Assembly: GCA_044222065.1 (NCBI GenBank)
Contig: JBGAOA010000042.1
Location: forward strand, 6,769-35,957
Reading direction: 5' to 3'
Length of the DNA stretch: 29,189 bases
Source: Candidatus Eiseniibacteriota bacterium
Lineage (GTDB): Bacteria > Eisenbacteria > RBG-16-71-46
Shown here: positions 28,630 to 29,189 of the stretch, piece by piece
How the letters are laid out: the number at the start of each line of letters is the position of its first letter
Numbering within the stretch: position 1 is the stretch's first letter
The notes under the pieces: generated by a model
Seen by the model: the letters and a program-made list of their open reading frames with translations, nothing else
Databases searched by the model: none
Told to the model about the DNA's origin: nothing
Position numbers and translations under genes: made by a program

Positions 28630-29189
28630 CGCGCGAACACCAGCAGCAGGACGAGCGTCACGAGCACGTAGGCGAGGTAGACGTGCAGGTCGCCGGCCTG
28701 CACGCGGCGCGCCTGCTCCGACGCCCACAGCACGCCCTGGACGAGCGGCTGGTACAGGCGCTCCTCGACGAACGAGCCGACCCCGCGGTGGCGCACGGAC
28801 TTCTTCGCGAAGTACGGCGCGCCCTGTTCGAGCACTTCCATCTCGTTCTCGTTGCGGAGCACGGGCGCGAAGATGAGGCGCAGCGGCTTCGTGAATCCGA
28901 GCGCCGAGTACTGCATGCGCGGGCCGAGCGCGACGCCGCACGACCACGAGGGCGCGCGCCGCACGCCGCCGCGCAGGCCCCGCAGCGTGCCCCACGCGAA
29001 CGCGAGCGCGACGAACAACAGCAACAGCGCGAGCACCGCGACGGGCGAGACGCCGCCCGGAGCGCCCGCGCTCGCGACGAGCACGAGGCCGCGGCCCGCG
29101 ACGAGCCCGGCGGGGGACGCCTCGGGGCCGAGCACGAGCCGCATCGGCGCGGTGAGCGCGGGGAGCCACACGGGCGCGGCCGCGCCCCA
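28626..29189 (-). CDS. hyfB: HyfB/HycC-like antiporter subunit (3' part only)
   Basis: C-terminal motifs WSCG...RMQYSALGFTKPL and VQAGDLHVYLAY. The gene runs off the window end. Confidence 0.8.
   Translation of the reverse strand, partial: WGAAAPVWLPALTAPMRLVLGPEASPAGLVAGRGLVLVASAGAPGGVSPVAVLALLLLFVALAFAWGTLRGLRGGVRRAPSWSCGVALGPRMQYSALGFTKPLRLIFAPVLRNENEMEVLEQGAPYFAKKSVRHRGVGSFVEERLYQPLVQGVLWASEQARRVQAGDLHVYLAYVLVTLVLLLVFAR

Overview
A very GC-rich bacterial window, densely coding, with no mobile element, CRISPR array, rRNA or tRNA that I can support. T9SS-type C-terminal domains, a PorV-family gene and a C-terminal SWGxxKxxYR motif suggest an FCB-group candidate lineage such as Ca. Eisenbacteria (inference only). 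Gene order: (1) the 3' end of a large secreted CTD protein plus a PorV-family barrel; (2) a Cys-tailed MerR-family regulator heading a suf Fe-S operon (iscA/sufA-sufC-sufB-sufD-sufS-sufU-Rieske/SufT fusion), with a MerR-type palindrome abutting its start codon; (3) a frameshifted six-heme cytochrome c with a T9SS-like CTD; (4) an outer-membrane beta-barrel and a GT2/LAB_N/ArnT-like envelope glycosylation trio; (5) an HExxH protein, a NUDIX hydrolase and a small membrane protein with a probable CTG start; (6) a secreted PPC-domain protein; (7) an M16 peptidase pair; (8) a six-gene Ehr/Hyf-like membrane complex whose large subunit keeps both CxxC motifs. The best candidates for new biology are the MerR-type suf regulator and its operator, the putatively T9SS-exported multiheme cytochrome, and the Cys-retaining Ehr-like hydrogenase. 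All calls come from motif reading only; no database searches were run.
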